Shown in pieces: positions 28,177 through 39,395 of a stretch of DNA of 64,000 nt. Positions within the stretch are counted from its first letter, which is position 1. Every line of letters starts with the position of its first letter. Below the pieces are notes generated by a model. That model was not told the DNA's origin. It saw nothing but the letters and a program-made list of their open reading frames with translations, and ran no database searches. This DNA is from Anaeramoeba ignava BMAN (taxonomy: Eukaryota; Protista; Anaeramoebae). The stretch spans positions 1 to 64,000 of the forward strand of contig JAPDFW010000083.1 in the NCBI GenBank assembly GCA_028826165.1, written 5' to 3'. The translations under genes and the position numbers were made by a program.

Positions 28177-28548
28177 TTAAAAAGAAAAAAATAAAGTAAT
28201 CAAAAAGAAATATATCAAAGGTCTTATAGAAAATTTAATTGCACTTGATTCATATTTTCGAGAAATATTATTTAATAAATAACATTTTTCCAATGAAAAA
28301 CTCGAAAAAATGCAATCTTGACATTCTTTATCAGTACAACTAAATTCAAGAAATTCAGTTGAAGTTGTTGAATTTATTTTGAAAGATCCATCAATATTTG
28401 TATAACATCTGTCAACTTCGAAATATGCAACCATTACATGCTTTCCACATTGTTGGTCTTGATAAGTTTTTTGTATAATTTTATTTGAAGTAACAAATAA
28501 AATTAAGAACAAAATTGATATTAAAAAGAAAAAGAAAAATTTTTTCAT
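28177..28548 (-). CDS. Small Cys-rich secreted, probably GPI-anchored surface protein
   Basis: N-terminal signal peptide MKKFFFFFLISILFLILFVTS, six Cys, hydrophobic C-terminus PLIYFFLITLFFSF. Confidence 0.65.
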   Translation of the reverse strand: MKKFFFFFLISILFLILFVTSNKIIQKTYQDQQCGKHVMVAYFEVDRCYTNIDGSFKINSTTSTEFLEFSCTDKECQDCIFSSFSLEKCYLLNNISRKYESSAIKFSIRPLIYFFLITLFFSF

Positions 28549-28745
28549 TTCTTTTTTTAAATAAAAAAGAAAAAATGAAAAAAAAAAATTAATAAAAATA
28601 TTTTTTTAAATTGATTCGTTAATTCCATTTTTTTTTTTTTAATTTTTTCAAATCATTTTTTTCATTTTAAAATTCCATTTCGTTTTTATTTTTTTGTTTT
28701 TTTTTTTTTTAAAATCAATTAATAAATTAATTTCAAAACAAAAAA

Positions 28746-30516
28746 ATGTCAAGTCCAGAAAATCTAACGCAAACAGATCAAAAAGTAGTTAAATATCGAG
28801 CAGAAAGAATTATTGGGAAAGGAACTTTTGGAATTGTTTATAAAGCAAAAGTTATTGAAAATAACGAAATTGTTGCAATCAAAAAAGTTCTTCAAGATCC
28901 AAGATATAAAGTACATTAAAAAACAAAAAATAAAACTAAAAAAAAAAGGCAAAATTCTTTTCAACTTACAATTAAATCACTCACTATTTTAACTTTCTCT
29001 CTTCAATTATTCAACCCTTGTTGATTGTATTCCATTTAGAACCGAGAATTATCGATAATGAAAAAATTGGATCATATAAACGTTATAAAACTTCGAAATT
29101 TTTTCTTCACTTATGACGACACTGTATTATATCAAAGCCCTTTATTTTTTTACTCTTCTAATATTTTTTATTAATTATTACTTACTGATTTCTTATTTAA
29201 AATTAGTCTGACAAAAAATATTTGAATCTTGTTCTTGATTTTATTCCTGATACTGTTTCCAGATTGAATAAAAGATATCGGAAACGGAAACAACAAATGC
29301 CATTAATTTGGGCTAAAGTGAGTTCAACTCTTTATATCAAAATGCTTTCTTAGCATGAAACAATATCTTGGATATTAATATCCCTTTTTAAAACAATTTA
29401 AACAAAATTAAAACATTTTTTTTTAAAATTCAAAAATTCTTTTCTTTTTTAAAATAGTTATTTATTTATCAACTCTGTCGTGCTCAAGCTTATATTCATT
29501 CAATGAATATTTGCCACAGAGATATAAAGCCACAAAATTTATTAGTAGATCTTGATACTGGTATTTTAAAATTATGTGATTTTGGAAGGTATAATTTTCT
29601 TTATAAATTAATCAACAATTTTTTTATTGAATTTTTTTATTTGAATTTTTATTTAAATTTTTATTTGAATTTTTATTCTTTTTTCAGTGCAAAAGTTCTT
29701 GTAAAAGGAAAAGTAAACATATCTTATATATGTTCTCGTTATTATCGAGCTCCTGAACTCATTTTTGGATTAACTGAATATACAACCGATATTGGTATTT
29801 AAAAAAAAATATAAATAAAAAATAAACAATAAAAAAGTGGAACAAAAAAAAATTAATAAAATAAATCCATTAAATCAATTAAATCAACACAAACAATTAC
29901 TTTTTAAGACTTATGGTCAATTGGATGTATTTTGGCAGAGCTTTTACTTGGAAGACCCATTTTTCCAGGAGAAAGCGGACTTGGGCAACTTGTTGAAATC
30001 ATTAAAGTTCTTGGAACACCAACTAAAGAGCAAATCAATGATATGAATCCTGAATACACTAAATTTGATTTTCCTGATGTTCAACCAAAAGAATTAGAAA
30101 CAATATTTCCAGAAAATACACCAAAAGAAGCTCTTGATTTAGTTTCACGTTTTCTTGTTTATTCTCCTTCAGAAAGAATTCGACCGTTAGAAGCTTGTGC
30201 TCATCCTTTCTTTGATGAATTAAGAGATCCAAATTCAAAATTACCAAATGGAAACACATTACCTCCTTTATTTGATTTCTCTACAGAAGGTTTAATTTTC
30301 ATTTAAAAAAATTTTCAAAAAGAATTTTCATTTTAATTTTTTATCCGATTTTAATTTTTAGAAATTAAAAATGTTCCTCAATCAATTCTTGAAAAATTAA
30401 TTCCTTCAAAACTGCAAAAAAATTTTATTCTTGATTCTGGAAATTTTGATCAAAAACAAACAATATCAAATCAATCAAAAAAAAATAAAAAAAGAAAAAA
30501 AAATCTTGATGATTAA
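28746..30516 (+). CDS. GSK3: Glycogen synthase kinase-3 / shaggy-like kinase, 7 exons
   Basis: [77 protein letters not shown]. Introns 28911-29039, 29124-29206, 29318-29457, 29589-29687, 29795-29908, 30290-30361. Confidence 0.96.
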
Positions 30517-30727
30517 AAAAAAAAAAAGAAAAAGAAAAGAAAAGAATTAAAAGAAAATTTTCTTAATGTTTTTGAGAGATTTTGTAATTGGAAGAAGAAG
30601 AAGAAAAAACAAAATAAATAAATAATCAAATCTTTAAAATTCAAGAAAAAATGAAATTATAAATAAAATCCAAAAAAAGAAAAAAAGAAAAAAGAAGATT
30701 GTTTTTGTTTTTATTGTTTAAATTTTG

Positions 30728-32371
30728 TTAATATTTCTTTTTTGAATTTAACCAAGGTTCAACAAATAAAGCAAATAATCCAGCAAATGTAATTCCTATT
30801 GAATCAGCCATACTTGCAACACCCATTGAAAATTCACGATAAATTTGTTCAATTTCTTTTGAAATATTCCAAAATCCATTAACATAAACACCTCCTCCAA
30901 GAATTCCAACATAAAAAATGATAATAAAAACAAGATACCAAGTAAAAAATCTATAAATTCCCATAAATAACATAAATATTAAGTTTATTGCTTGAAGTGC
31001 TGATGGTATCCAAATTCTTTTAATATGAACAAATTTAATACTTGATCTTGAAATTAAAACTCCAACTTGATATAAAACTTGGAAATATTTAAAGAAAGTT
31101 GTTTTGCTAAATGGTTTTGACCAATAAAGAACTGGAATAATTCCCATCATAATCAGATATTCACTTAAATAAACAAGGAAAAGTGGAATCATATATTTAA
31201 GAAGTGGTTTTAAAAGTTTGAATTTTTCACAAAAAGCCATTTGGTCAATTCTTTTTTTTTTGATAATTTCATTCTCATTTTCAATTTGATTTTTATTTTC
31301 AATTTGATTTTTATTTTCATTTTGATTTTCATTACTATCAAGATCACTTTCATTTTCATTTAAATTTTCATTTGGATATAAATTGTTTTGATTTTGATTT
31401 TGATTTTGATTTTCATTTTCATCTAATAAATTTTCATTTGGATATAAATTATTTTCATTTCCATTTTCATTCAAATTTTCATTTTCATTTTCATTTTCAT
31501 TTTCATTTTCATTTTCATTCAAATTTTCATTCAAATTTTCATCTTCAAATTTTGCTTCTTGATCATCTTCTAATTTTTGATATTTTTTAAATCGAATCAC
31601 TGAACGATCCAAAAGAAACAAATAAGAAAATAACATAGTAAAAGGAAGAAAGGAAACAACCAACAAAGAATTTTTATCACTCAAATAAAACCATTCAGTC
31701 AAAGCAAGATAAACAAGACTACCAAGAAGACCAGCAGCGCCAGTTCCATAAGACCAATAAGCGACAATTTCGTTATAAAAACTGGATAACGCAAGAAAAG
31801 TGATTTCACCAGCACCACTTGATATAGAAGACATACAAACACCAACTAAACGAAGAATTGTTAATTTGAAAAAAGCTGAGAAATAACAACCGCCAACTGA
31901 AAGTAAAACAAGAAGGAAAACCCTGATTGTATATGGGATTGTGTGCATATAAAATGGCGCAGTTATTTTGATTAGCATTGTTGGTATTATATCACAAAGG
32001 AGAACTACTCCTTTTGGAAGATTGGAATCAGATAAAATATCTTCAGCTGCTGAAAGAAATACTACATATATTAAATTATTGATTAATCCAAAAATCAAAA
32101 AAGATATCCGACTTTTGAAATTTGGTTTGATTTTAAATTGACTTGAATTTTCTATTGGTTTTTCTTTTGATTTTTTCGCTTTTCCTTTTTTACGCTTTCT
32201 TTTTGTTGTTTGTGATAAAGTTTCAATTAAATTCTCAATTGCTTCATTTTCATTTTCATTTAGATTTTCATTTAAATTTTCATTTTCATTTTCATTTAAA
32301 TTTTCATCTGTGTAATGTTGATTATTATTTGTTTCAAGAATTTTTTTTGTTTCATCATTACTATTTTCCAT
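30728..32371 (-). CDS. CLN3: Battenin/CLN3 (BTN1) family lysosomal transporter, copy 1 (most canonical)
   Basis: FGLINNLIYVVFLSAAEDIL, SSGAGEITFL, WSYGTGAAG, PLFLVYLSEY, YQVGVLISRSS, LGGGVYVN, REFSMG; intronless. Confidence 0.92.
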   Translation of the reverse strand: MENSNDETKKILETNNNQHYTDENLNENENENLNENLNENENEAIENLIETLSQTTKRKRKKGKAKKSKEKPIENSSQFKIKPNFKSRISFLIFGLINNLIYVVFLSAAEDILSDSNLPKGVVLLCDIIPTMLIKITAPFYMHTIPYTIRVFLLVLLSVGGCYFSAFFKLTILRLVGVCMSSISSGAGEITFLALSSFYNEIVAYWSYGTGAAGLLGSLVYLALTEWFYLSDKNSLLVVSFLPFTMLFSYLFLLDRSVIRFKKYQKLEDDQEAKFEDENLNENLNENENENENENENENLNENGNENNLYPNENLLDENENQNQNQNQNNLYPNENLNENESDLDSNENQNENKNQIENKNQIENENEIIKKKRIDQMAFCEKFKLLKPLLKYMIPLFLVYLSEYLIMMGIIPVLYWSKPFSKTTFFKYFQVLYQVGVLISRSSIKFVHIKRIWIPSALQAINLIFMLFMGIYRFFTWYLVFIIIFYVGILGGGVYVNGFWNISKEIEQIYREFSMGVASMADSIGITFAGLFALFVEPWLNSKKKY

Positions 32372-32656
32372 CTTGAAAAAAAAAATTTTATTTTTAAGTT
32401 AATTTAAAACAAATTTTTCTATTGAAAATAAATTGAAAAAATGAAAAAAATGAAAAATGAAAAAAATTGAAGTTTTATTTTTTGGAAAATGATAAAAAAA
32501 AATTTTCCAATTAAAAAAAAAGGAATTGATTAAAAAAAATTAATCGAAAAAAAGTTAAATCTTTTTTTCTTTCTTTTTCAAACTAAAATTAAAAAAAAAA
32601 GAATGAAAATTAAAATTAAAATTAAAATTAAAAAAAGAATGAAAATTAAAATTTTG

Positions 32657-34309
32657 TTAATATTTCTTATTTGAATTTAACCAAGGTTCAATACGCAATG
32701 AAGCAACTCCTGCAAGAACAATTCCTATTGTATCAGCCATACTTGTTGATCCCATTGCAAATTCTCGATAAATTGGTTCAATATAGTTTGAAATATTCCA
32801 AAATGCATTTGCATAAACTCCTCCTCCAAGTAATCCAACATAAAGAACAACAATAAAAGAAAGATACCAAGTAAAAAATCTATAAATTCCCAAAAATAAC
32901 ATAAATATTAAGTTTATTGCTTGAAGTCCTGATGGTATCCAAATTCTTTTAATATGAATAAACCTAATACTTAATCTTGAAATTAAAACTCCAACTTGAT
33001 ATAAAAGATGAAAATATTTATAAAAAGTTGATTTACTAAATGGTTCTGACCAATAAAGAACTGGAGTTACTCCTACAATTATAGTATATTCACTGAAATA
33101 TACAATAAAAAGTGGAATCATATATTTAAGAACTATTTTTAAAAGTCTAAATTTTTCACAAAAAGTCATTTGATTTGGAGTTTTTCTTTTGATAATTTTG
33201 TTTTCAAAACTAATTTCTTTTTCATTTTCATTTTCATCACTATTGAGATCATTTTCAAATTGATTTTGATTTTGATTTTGATTTTGATTTTGATTTTGAT
33301 TTTGATTTTGATTTTGATTTTCATTTTCATTTTGATTTTGATTTTGATTTTGATTTTCATTTTCATTTTGATTTTGATTTTGATTTTGATTTTGATTTTG
33401 ATTTTCATTTTCATTTTCATTTTGATTTGGATTTAGATTTAGATTTTCATTTTCATTTTCATTTTCAAATTCACTTATATTTTCAAATTCACTTTCATCT
33501 TGATGAATTTTTTCTTGATCATCCTCTAATTTTTGATATTTTTGAAATTTAATTACTGATCGATCCAAAAGTAGAAAATAACAAAGAATTATTCCAAATG
33601 GAAGAAATGAAATGATAAATAATGATTTTTCATCAGTTAATCCAATCCATTCAGTTAATGCAATATAAGTAAGACTTCCTAAAAGAGCAGCAGCTCCTGT
33701 TCCATAAACCCAATATGAAACAATCCCACTATAAAAACTTGTTAAAGCAAGAAAAACAACTTGACCAGCTCCAGTTGCTATTGAAGACATAGCAATACCA
33801 AGTAATCGAAGGGATGTTGATTTGAAAAAAGCTGCAAAATAACATCCAGTAAAAGATAACAAAACAACAGAAATCACTTTAATTGTATAAGAAAAGTAAT
33901 ACATAAAAAATGGAAAAAACATTTTAGAAAGCATCATTGGTAACATATCACAAATAAGAACTACTCCTTTTGGAAGATTGGAATCAGATAAAATATCACC
34001 AGCTGCTGAAACGAACATGTTTATAAATAAATTATTGAAAAGTGCAAATATAAAAAAAGCAAGTCTACTTTTTTTATTTGGATTTTTTTGAATTGAATTT
34101 TGAATTTTTTTTGTTTTTGTTTTTTCTTTTGTTTTTTCTTTTGTTTTTTCTTTTGTTTTGGATTTTCTTTGTGATAAAGTTTGGGCTAAATTTTCATTTA
34201 GATTTTCATTTTGATTTTCATTTGGATTTTCATTTGGATTTTGATTTGTATAATATTTGTTATTTTTTGCTTCAAAAATTTTTTTGGTTTCATTATCACT
34301 ACTTTCCAT
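32657..34309 (-). CDS. CLN3: Battenin/CLN3 family, copy 2
   Basis: Full-length paralogue of copy 1 with a (QN/EN)n loop. Confidence 0.9.
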   Translation of the reverse strand: MESSDNETKKIFEAKNNKYYTNQNPNENPNENQNENLNENLAQTLSQRKSKTKEKTKEKTKEKTKTKKIQNSIQKNPNKKSRLAFFIFALFNNLFINMFVSAAGDILSDSNLPKGVVLICDMLPMMLSKMFFPFFMYYFSYTIKVISVVLLSFTGCYFAAFFKSTSLRLLGIAMSSIATGAGQVVFLALTSFYSGIVSYWVYGTGAAALLGSLTYIALTEWIGLTDEKSLFIISFLPFGIILCYFLLLDRSVIKFQKYQKLEDDQEKIHQDESEFENISEFENENENENLNLNPNQNENENENQNQNQNQNQNQNENENQNQNQNQNENENQNQNQNQNQNQNQNQNQNQFENDLNSDENENEKEISFENKIIKRKTPNQMTFCEKFRLLKIVLKYMIPLFIVYFSEYTIIVGVTPVLYWSEPFSKSTFYKYFHLLYQVGVLISRLSIRFIHIKRIWIPSGLQAINLIFMLFLGIYRFFTWYLSFIVVLYVGLLGGGVYANAFWNISNYIEPIYREFAMGSTSMADTIGIVLAGVASLRIEPWLNSNKKY

Positions 34310-34606
34310 TGTTTTTTTTTTAAAGTTAATTCAAATTTAAAAAAATTTTTTTTTTAGTTTTTAGTTAATTTGTTTGCTTTTTTAGAAATTAAAGTTAATT
34401 TAACAAAAAAATTTTGTATTAAAAAAGAAAAAGAAAAAAAAGGAAAAAAAGGAAAAAAATGAAAGTTTTTTTTTTGATCTTTTTAAGTTTAATTTTTTGG
34501 AAAATGATAAAAAAAAATTTTCCAATTAAAAAAGGAGAATTAAAATGAAAATTAAAATTAAAATTTATGATGAAAATTAAAATTAAAATTTATGATTAAA
34601 ATTTTG

Positions 34607-36492
34607 TTAATATTTCTTATTTGAATTTAACCAAGGTTCAACAAATAATGAAAATATTCCTGCAAGAACCATTCCTATTGTATCAGCCATACTTGCTGAT
34701 CCCATTGCAAATTCTCGATAAATTGGTTCAATATATTTTGAAATATTCCAAAATGCATTTGCATAAACTCCTCCTCCAAGTAATCCAACATAAAGAATAA
34801 CAATAAAAGAAAGATACCAAGTAAAAAATCTATAAATTCCCAAAAATAACATAAATATTAAGTTTATTGCTTGAAGTCCTGATGGTATCCAAATTCTTTT
34901 AATATGAATAAACCTAATACTTAATCTTGAAATTAAAACTCCAACTTGATATAAAAGATGAAAATATTTATAAAAAGTTGATTTACTAAATGGTTCTGAC
35001 CAATAAAGAACTGAAATTATTCCCATAATTATAATATATTCACTGAAATATACAATAAAAAGTGGAATCATATATTTAAGAACTATTTTTAAAAGTCTAA
35101 ATTTTTCACAAAAAGTCATTTGATTTGGAGTTTTTCTTTTGATAATTTCATTTTCAAAACTAATTTCTTTTTCATTTTCATTTTCATCACTATCAAGATT
35201 ATTACTATCAAGATTATTTTCAAATTGATTTTGATTTTGATTTTGATTTTGATTTTGATTTTGATTTTGATTTTGATTTTGATTTTGATTTTGATTTTGA
35301 TTTTGATTTTGATTTTGATTTTCATTTTCAAATTGATTTTGATTTTGATTTTCATTTTCATTTTGATTTTGATTTTGATTTTGATTTTGATTTTGATTTT
35401 GATTTTGATTTTGATTTTGATTTTCATTTTCATTTTCATTCGATTTTCATTTTGATTTTGATTTTGATTTTGATTTTGATTTTGATTTTGATTTTGATTT
35501 TGATTTTGATTTTGATTTTGATTTTGATTTTGATTTTGATTTTGATTTTGATTTTGATTTTGATTTTGATTTTGATTTTGATTTTGATTTTGATTTTGAT
35601 TTTGATTTTGATTTTGATTTTGATTTTGATTTTGATTTTGATTTTCATTTTGATTTTGATTTTCATTTTGATTTTGATTTTGATTTTGATTTTGATTTGG
35701 ATTTTGATTTTGAATTTGATTTTGATTTTCTTGAATTTTTTCTTGATCATCCTCTAATTTTTGATATTTTTGGAATTTAATTACTGATCGATCCAAAAGT
35801 AGAAAATAACAAAGAATTATTCCAAATGGAAGAAATGAAATGATAAATAATGATTTTTCATCAGTTAATCCAATCCATTCAGTTAATGCAATATAAGTAA
35901 GACTTCCTAAAAGAGCAGCAGCTCCTGTTCCATAAACCCAATATGAAACAATTTCATTATAAAAACTTGCTAAAGCAAGAAAAACAACTTGGCCAGCTCC
36001 ACTTGCTATTGAAGACATTGAAATACCAACTAATCGAAGTAATGTTGATTTGAAAAAAGCTGAGAAATAACATCCAACAAAAGATAATACAACAACAGAA
36101 ATCACTTTAATTGTATAAGAAAAGTAATACATAAAAAATGGAAAAATAATCTTAGTAAGCATCATTGGTAACATATCACAAAGAAGAACAACTCCTTTTG
36201 GAAGATTGGAATCAGATAAAATATCACCAGCTGCTGAAAGGAACATGTTTATAAATAAATTATTGAAAAGTGCAAATATAAAAAAAGCAAGTCTACTTTT
36301 TTTATTTGGATTTTTTTGAATTGAATTTTGAATTGATTTTGTTTTAAATTTTGATTTTGATTTTGATTTTGATTTTGATTTTGATTTTGATTTTTCAACT
36401 TCATTTTGATTTTCATTTTGATTTTCATTTGTATAATATTTGTAGTTTTTTGTTTCAAGAATTTTTTTGGTTTCATTATCACTACTTTCCAT
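34607..36492 (-). pseudogene. CLN3: Battenin/CLN3 copy 3, frameshifted inside the (CAAAAT)n tract (real lesion or assembly error)
   Basis: A 5-nt unit (CGAAT on the minus strand, near 35438-35442) among 6-nt units splits the gene into ORFs 35116-36492 and 34607-35119; no other lesion seen. Confidence 0.7.
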
Positions 36493-37116
36493 TGTTTTTT
36501 TTTAAAGTTAATTTAAATTTGATTTATTGTTTTTTTTTGTTTAGAAATTAAAATTAAATTTGAAAAAAAAATTGATTGTTTGGAAATTTAAACTGTAAGG
36601 AAAAAAAAAATAAAATTCAAAATCGAATTTGATCTTTTTAATTTTAATTTTTATTTTTTGGAAAATAAAAAAAATTGATGAAAAAAAAATTAATTGAAAA
36701 AAAAAGTTAAATCTTTTTTTCTTTCTTTTTTCAAACTAAAATTAAAAAAAGAAGAATAGGAAAATTTTGTTAATATTTCTTATTTGAATTTAACCAAGGT
36801 TCAACAAATAATGAAAGAAATCCTGCAAGAAATATTCCTATTGTATCAGCCATACTTGTTGATCCCATTGCAAATTCTCGATAAATTGGTTCAATATATT
36901 TTGAAATATTCCAAAATGCATTTGCATAAACTCCTCCTCCAAGAATTCCAACATAAAAAATAAAAATAAAAGAAAGATACCAACTAAAAAATCTATAAAT
37001 TCCCAAAAATAACATAAATATTAAGTTTATTGCTTGAAGTCCTGATGGTATCCAAATTCTTCTAACGTGAATAATCTTAATAATTAATCTTGAAATTAAA
37101 ATTCCAACTTGATATA

Positions 37117-39395
37117 GGGTAAATTCTCATTGGTCCGCCCAAAAAATAAATTACCACAATTCCGCTCACTAATTAAAGAAAAACAACAAGAAATTTTTTT
37201 TATTATTTTTTTTATTGTTTTGTTTGAAAAAAAAAATCAAGAAAATAAAAAAGAAAAAAAAAATCAAAATATGAAATTGTTTTACTTTTTTTTGTTATTA
37301 ACTTTTCTTGTTCTTTTCTTTTGTTTTTTTATTCTCAATTCTTCCTCATTGTTATTGTTATTTTGATCCAAATCTAACGGTTTTTCACTCTTTCTTTTTT
37401 TTCTTCTTTGCTTTTTTTGCTTACGAACTTTGTTCTCTTTCTTGGTTTTGGGATTGTGATTTTTTTTTAGTTTTTTGTTTTCTATCTTTTTTTTTGTCTT
37501 TTTTTTAGTTTTCTTTTTCCCTTTAGATGCTTTTAGTTTTTTCAATTTTTGCTTCTGAAGCTTTTTTTTCATTTCAATCTTCTTTCTTAATTCATCAATT
37601 GCTTCTTGGGAGTTGGCGATTCGAGCATCAGGAAAAGCTCTTGCAGAAATTTCTTTTTTTCCTGTTGGGAATTGGGATAACACTTTTTGAGAAAATTTAT
37701 CTTCAGGGATTTTTTCATCTTCTTCAGTAATTGCACCAGATTTTTTTAATCTATCAAGAACGACCTGGCGATTCAAAGGATAGATCCCAGTAGCACGAAA
37801 AGAATTCTTGATATTATCTTTGCTCATACATTTAACCCAAGCATGAGAACACAGTTGGCTGAAATGACATTTTTGGATCTTTTGATCAGGATTTTGGATT
37901 TTCCAATTTTCAAATTCATTTCCAAGATATGTTTTGAACGATTTAAATATGCCAACATCTTCAGGTTGGAGTTGAGATGTCGTATGGGAAGGAAAGACAA
38001 GAACTATGACATTCTGATTTTGTGCTTTTTGGAGTGCTGGGAGACAACCATGATGGGAAAAATAACCATCCAAAAGGAGCAACATTACTTGATTAGGGTT
38101 ATCCCTAAATTGTTCTGCCCAAGTTAAAAAATGATCCATCCAACTTTCAAAACATTTTAAGGTCATATATCCAGTTGAAGTAACATCATGAAGAATTCCT
38201 GGATGGGCATCTTCAATATATCTATGATTTTTTCTGATCCCTTTGAAAATAAGATAAGGAGCATCAGCTGAACCACCTGCATTTGTTGTTCCAACAGTTG
38301 AAACATGAAAACTTGCAGAGTTGCCAGTAATTTCGATACATTTTCTTCCTTTTTCACAATAAGTTCTCTTTGGTACTACATCCATCCTCGTACCACACTC
38401 ATCCATATTGAATATTCTTTTGGGAGGGATTTTGTTGATTTTTATGATCGATTCCAAGAGGTCAAACCAATTGTTTATAATTTCTGAAGTCAGATGATTC
38501 GCTCGTGGCTTTTCTAAAAGTTCAGTAGCTCGACTGGACAAATTATTATTCTTACAAAATTGACTAACCCAATTGTTTGATGCCTTCAAAGTTATATCTT
38601 TTTCTTTTGCAAAATCACAGGCTAAGGATTTGAGCATTTTTCCAGAAACTATAAAACCTCGATCGACCAATGAACAAATCAGTAAGCAAAATTCTTTTTC
38701 CTGTGCTTCAGTTAATTTCTTTGATGCTCCTTTTCCGATTTTCATTTGAGGGTTTTTTATGTGATCTCTCAACGTTGTCCAAGCCACTCCAAATAAACTT
38801 GCAACAGAACGGATGGACTTATCAGGATGCTTCTTTTTATGTTCAATTGCTTTTTCAAGCTGAGATAGAGATTTTGTCTTTTTCATGAAAAAAAAAAATG
38901 AATTCTAGCGTGAGCGGATAAATGGTAATGAAAAAAAAATAAAAATTTGCTTTCAATAAAACAATCAATTCAAACATACAGCTCTTTTCCATTAATCAGC
39001 TTAGAAATACAAATACAGATAACTTTTTAAACTTCCCAATAGATTTCTCTTTTGAAAAAAAATCACACTTCCAAAATGTTTTTTTGCATCAAAAAAAAAA
39101 ATATCAGGTGATATAAACTCTCCGCTCATCAAATAGAAAGATTATCTGTTTATTTTTTTCTTGGTTATTAAAATTATAATAGAAATTACTTTGTGAGCGG
39201 ACTAAGGGCAATGAAACTTTGAAGTATCAAACATACTCGATCAACCAAAAAATAAAAATTTACAGTGAAAGTGATCTTGAAAATTTGAAAAAAAAAAGAT
39301 CGTTGTCTCAAAAAAAAAAAAAAAAGGAAAAATTGTCTCAAAAAGAAAAATTTGATTCTCAATCCTTAGGTGAGCGGACCAATGAGAATTTACCC
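37117..39395 (-). mobile_element. Intact pogo/Fot1-like (IS630-Tc1-mariner group) DNA transposon, 2279 bp
   Basis: Perfect 22-bp TIRs GGGTAAATTCTCATTGGTCCGC (37117-37138, 39374-39395); TA duplication at 37115-37116 and 39396-39397; empty site AACTTGATATAAAAGATG present in CLN3 copies 2 and 3. Confidence 0.97.
37282..38886 (-). CDS. pogo-family transposase (Psq-type HTH, CENP-B-type HTH, DDE_1 domain, DD36D), Lys-rich tail
   Basis: SIRSVASLFGVAWTTLRD; ASNNWVSQF; IFNMDECG; LLLLDGYFSH; FPSHTTSQLQPEDVGIF; SFRATGIYP. Confidence 0.93.
   Translation of the reverse strand: MKKTKSLSQLEKAIEHKKKHPDKSIRSVASLFGVAWTTLRDHIKNPQMKIGKGASKKLTEAQEKEFCLLICSLVDRGFIVSGKMLKSLACDFAKEKDITLKASNNWVSQFCKNNNLSSRATELLEKPRANHLTSEIINNWFDLLESIIKINKIPPKRIFNMDECGTRMDVVPKRTYCEKGRKCIEITGNSASFHVSTVGTTNAGGSADAPYLIFKGIRKNHRYIEDAHPGILHDVTSTGYMTLKCFESWMDHFLTWAEQFRDNPNQVMLLLLDGYFSHHGCLPALQKAQNQNVIVLVFPSHTTSQLQPEDVGIFKSFKTYLGNEFENWKIQNPDQKIQKCHFSQLCSHAWVKCMSKDNIKNSFRATGIYPLNRQVVLDRLKKSGAITEEDEKIPEDKFSQKVLSQFPTGKKEISARAFPDARIANSQEAIDELRKKIEMKKKLQKQKLKKLKASKGKKKTKKKTKKKIENKKLKKNHNPKTKKENKVRKQKKQRRKKRKSEKPLDLDQNNNNNEEELRIKKQKKRTRKVNNKKK

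Noticed and set aside
38909-39202. Resemblance of GTGAGCGGATAA and TTGTGAGCGGA to the lac operator
   Set aside because: Only partial matches, no vector context, and the core is part of the element's own TIR-associated motif
37117-39395. Idea that the transposon is spliced out of CLN3 copy 4 using the GTAAAT donor inside its TIR
   Set aside because: The donor is phase 2 and the nearest acceptors I tested around the other end (TTAG, TGAG twice, CAAG) do not restore the CLN3 frame; RNA-seq could still reveal other products
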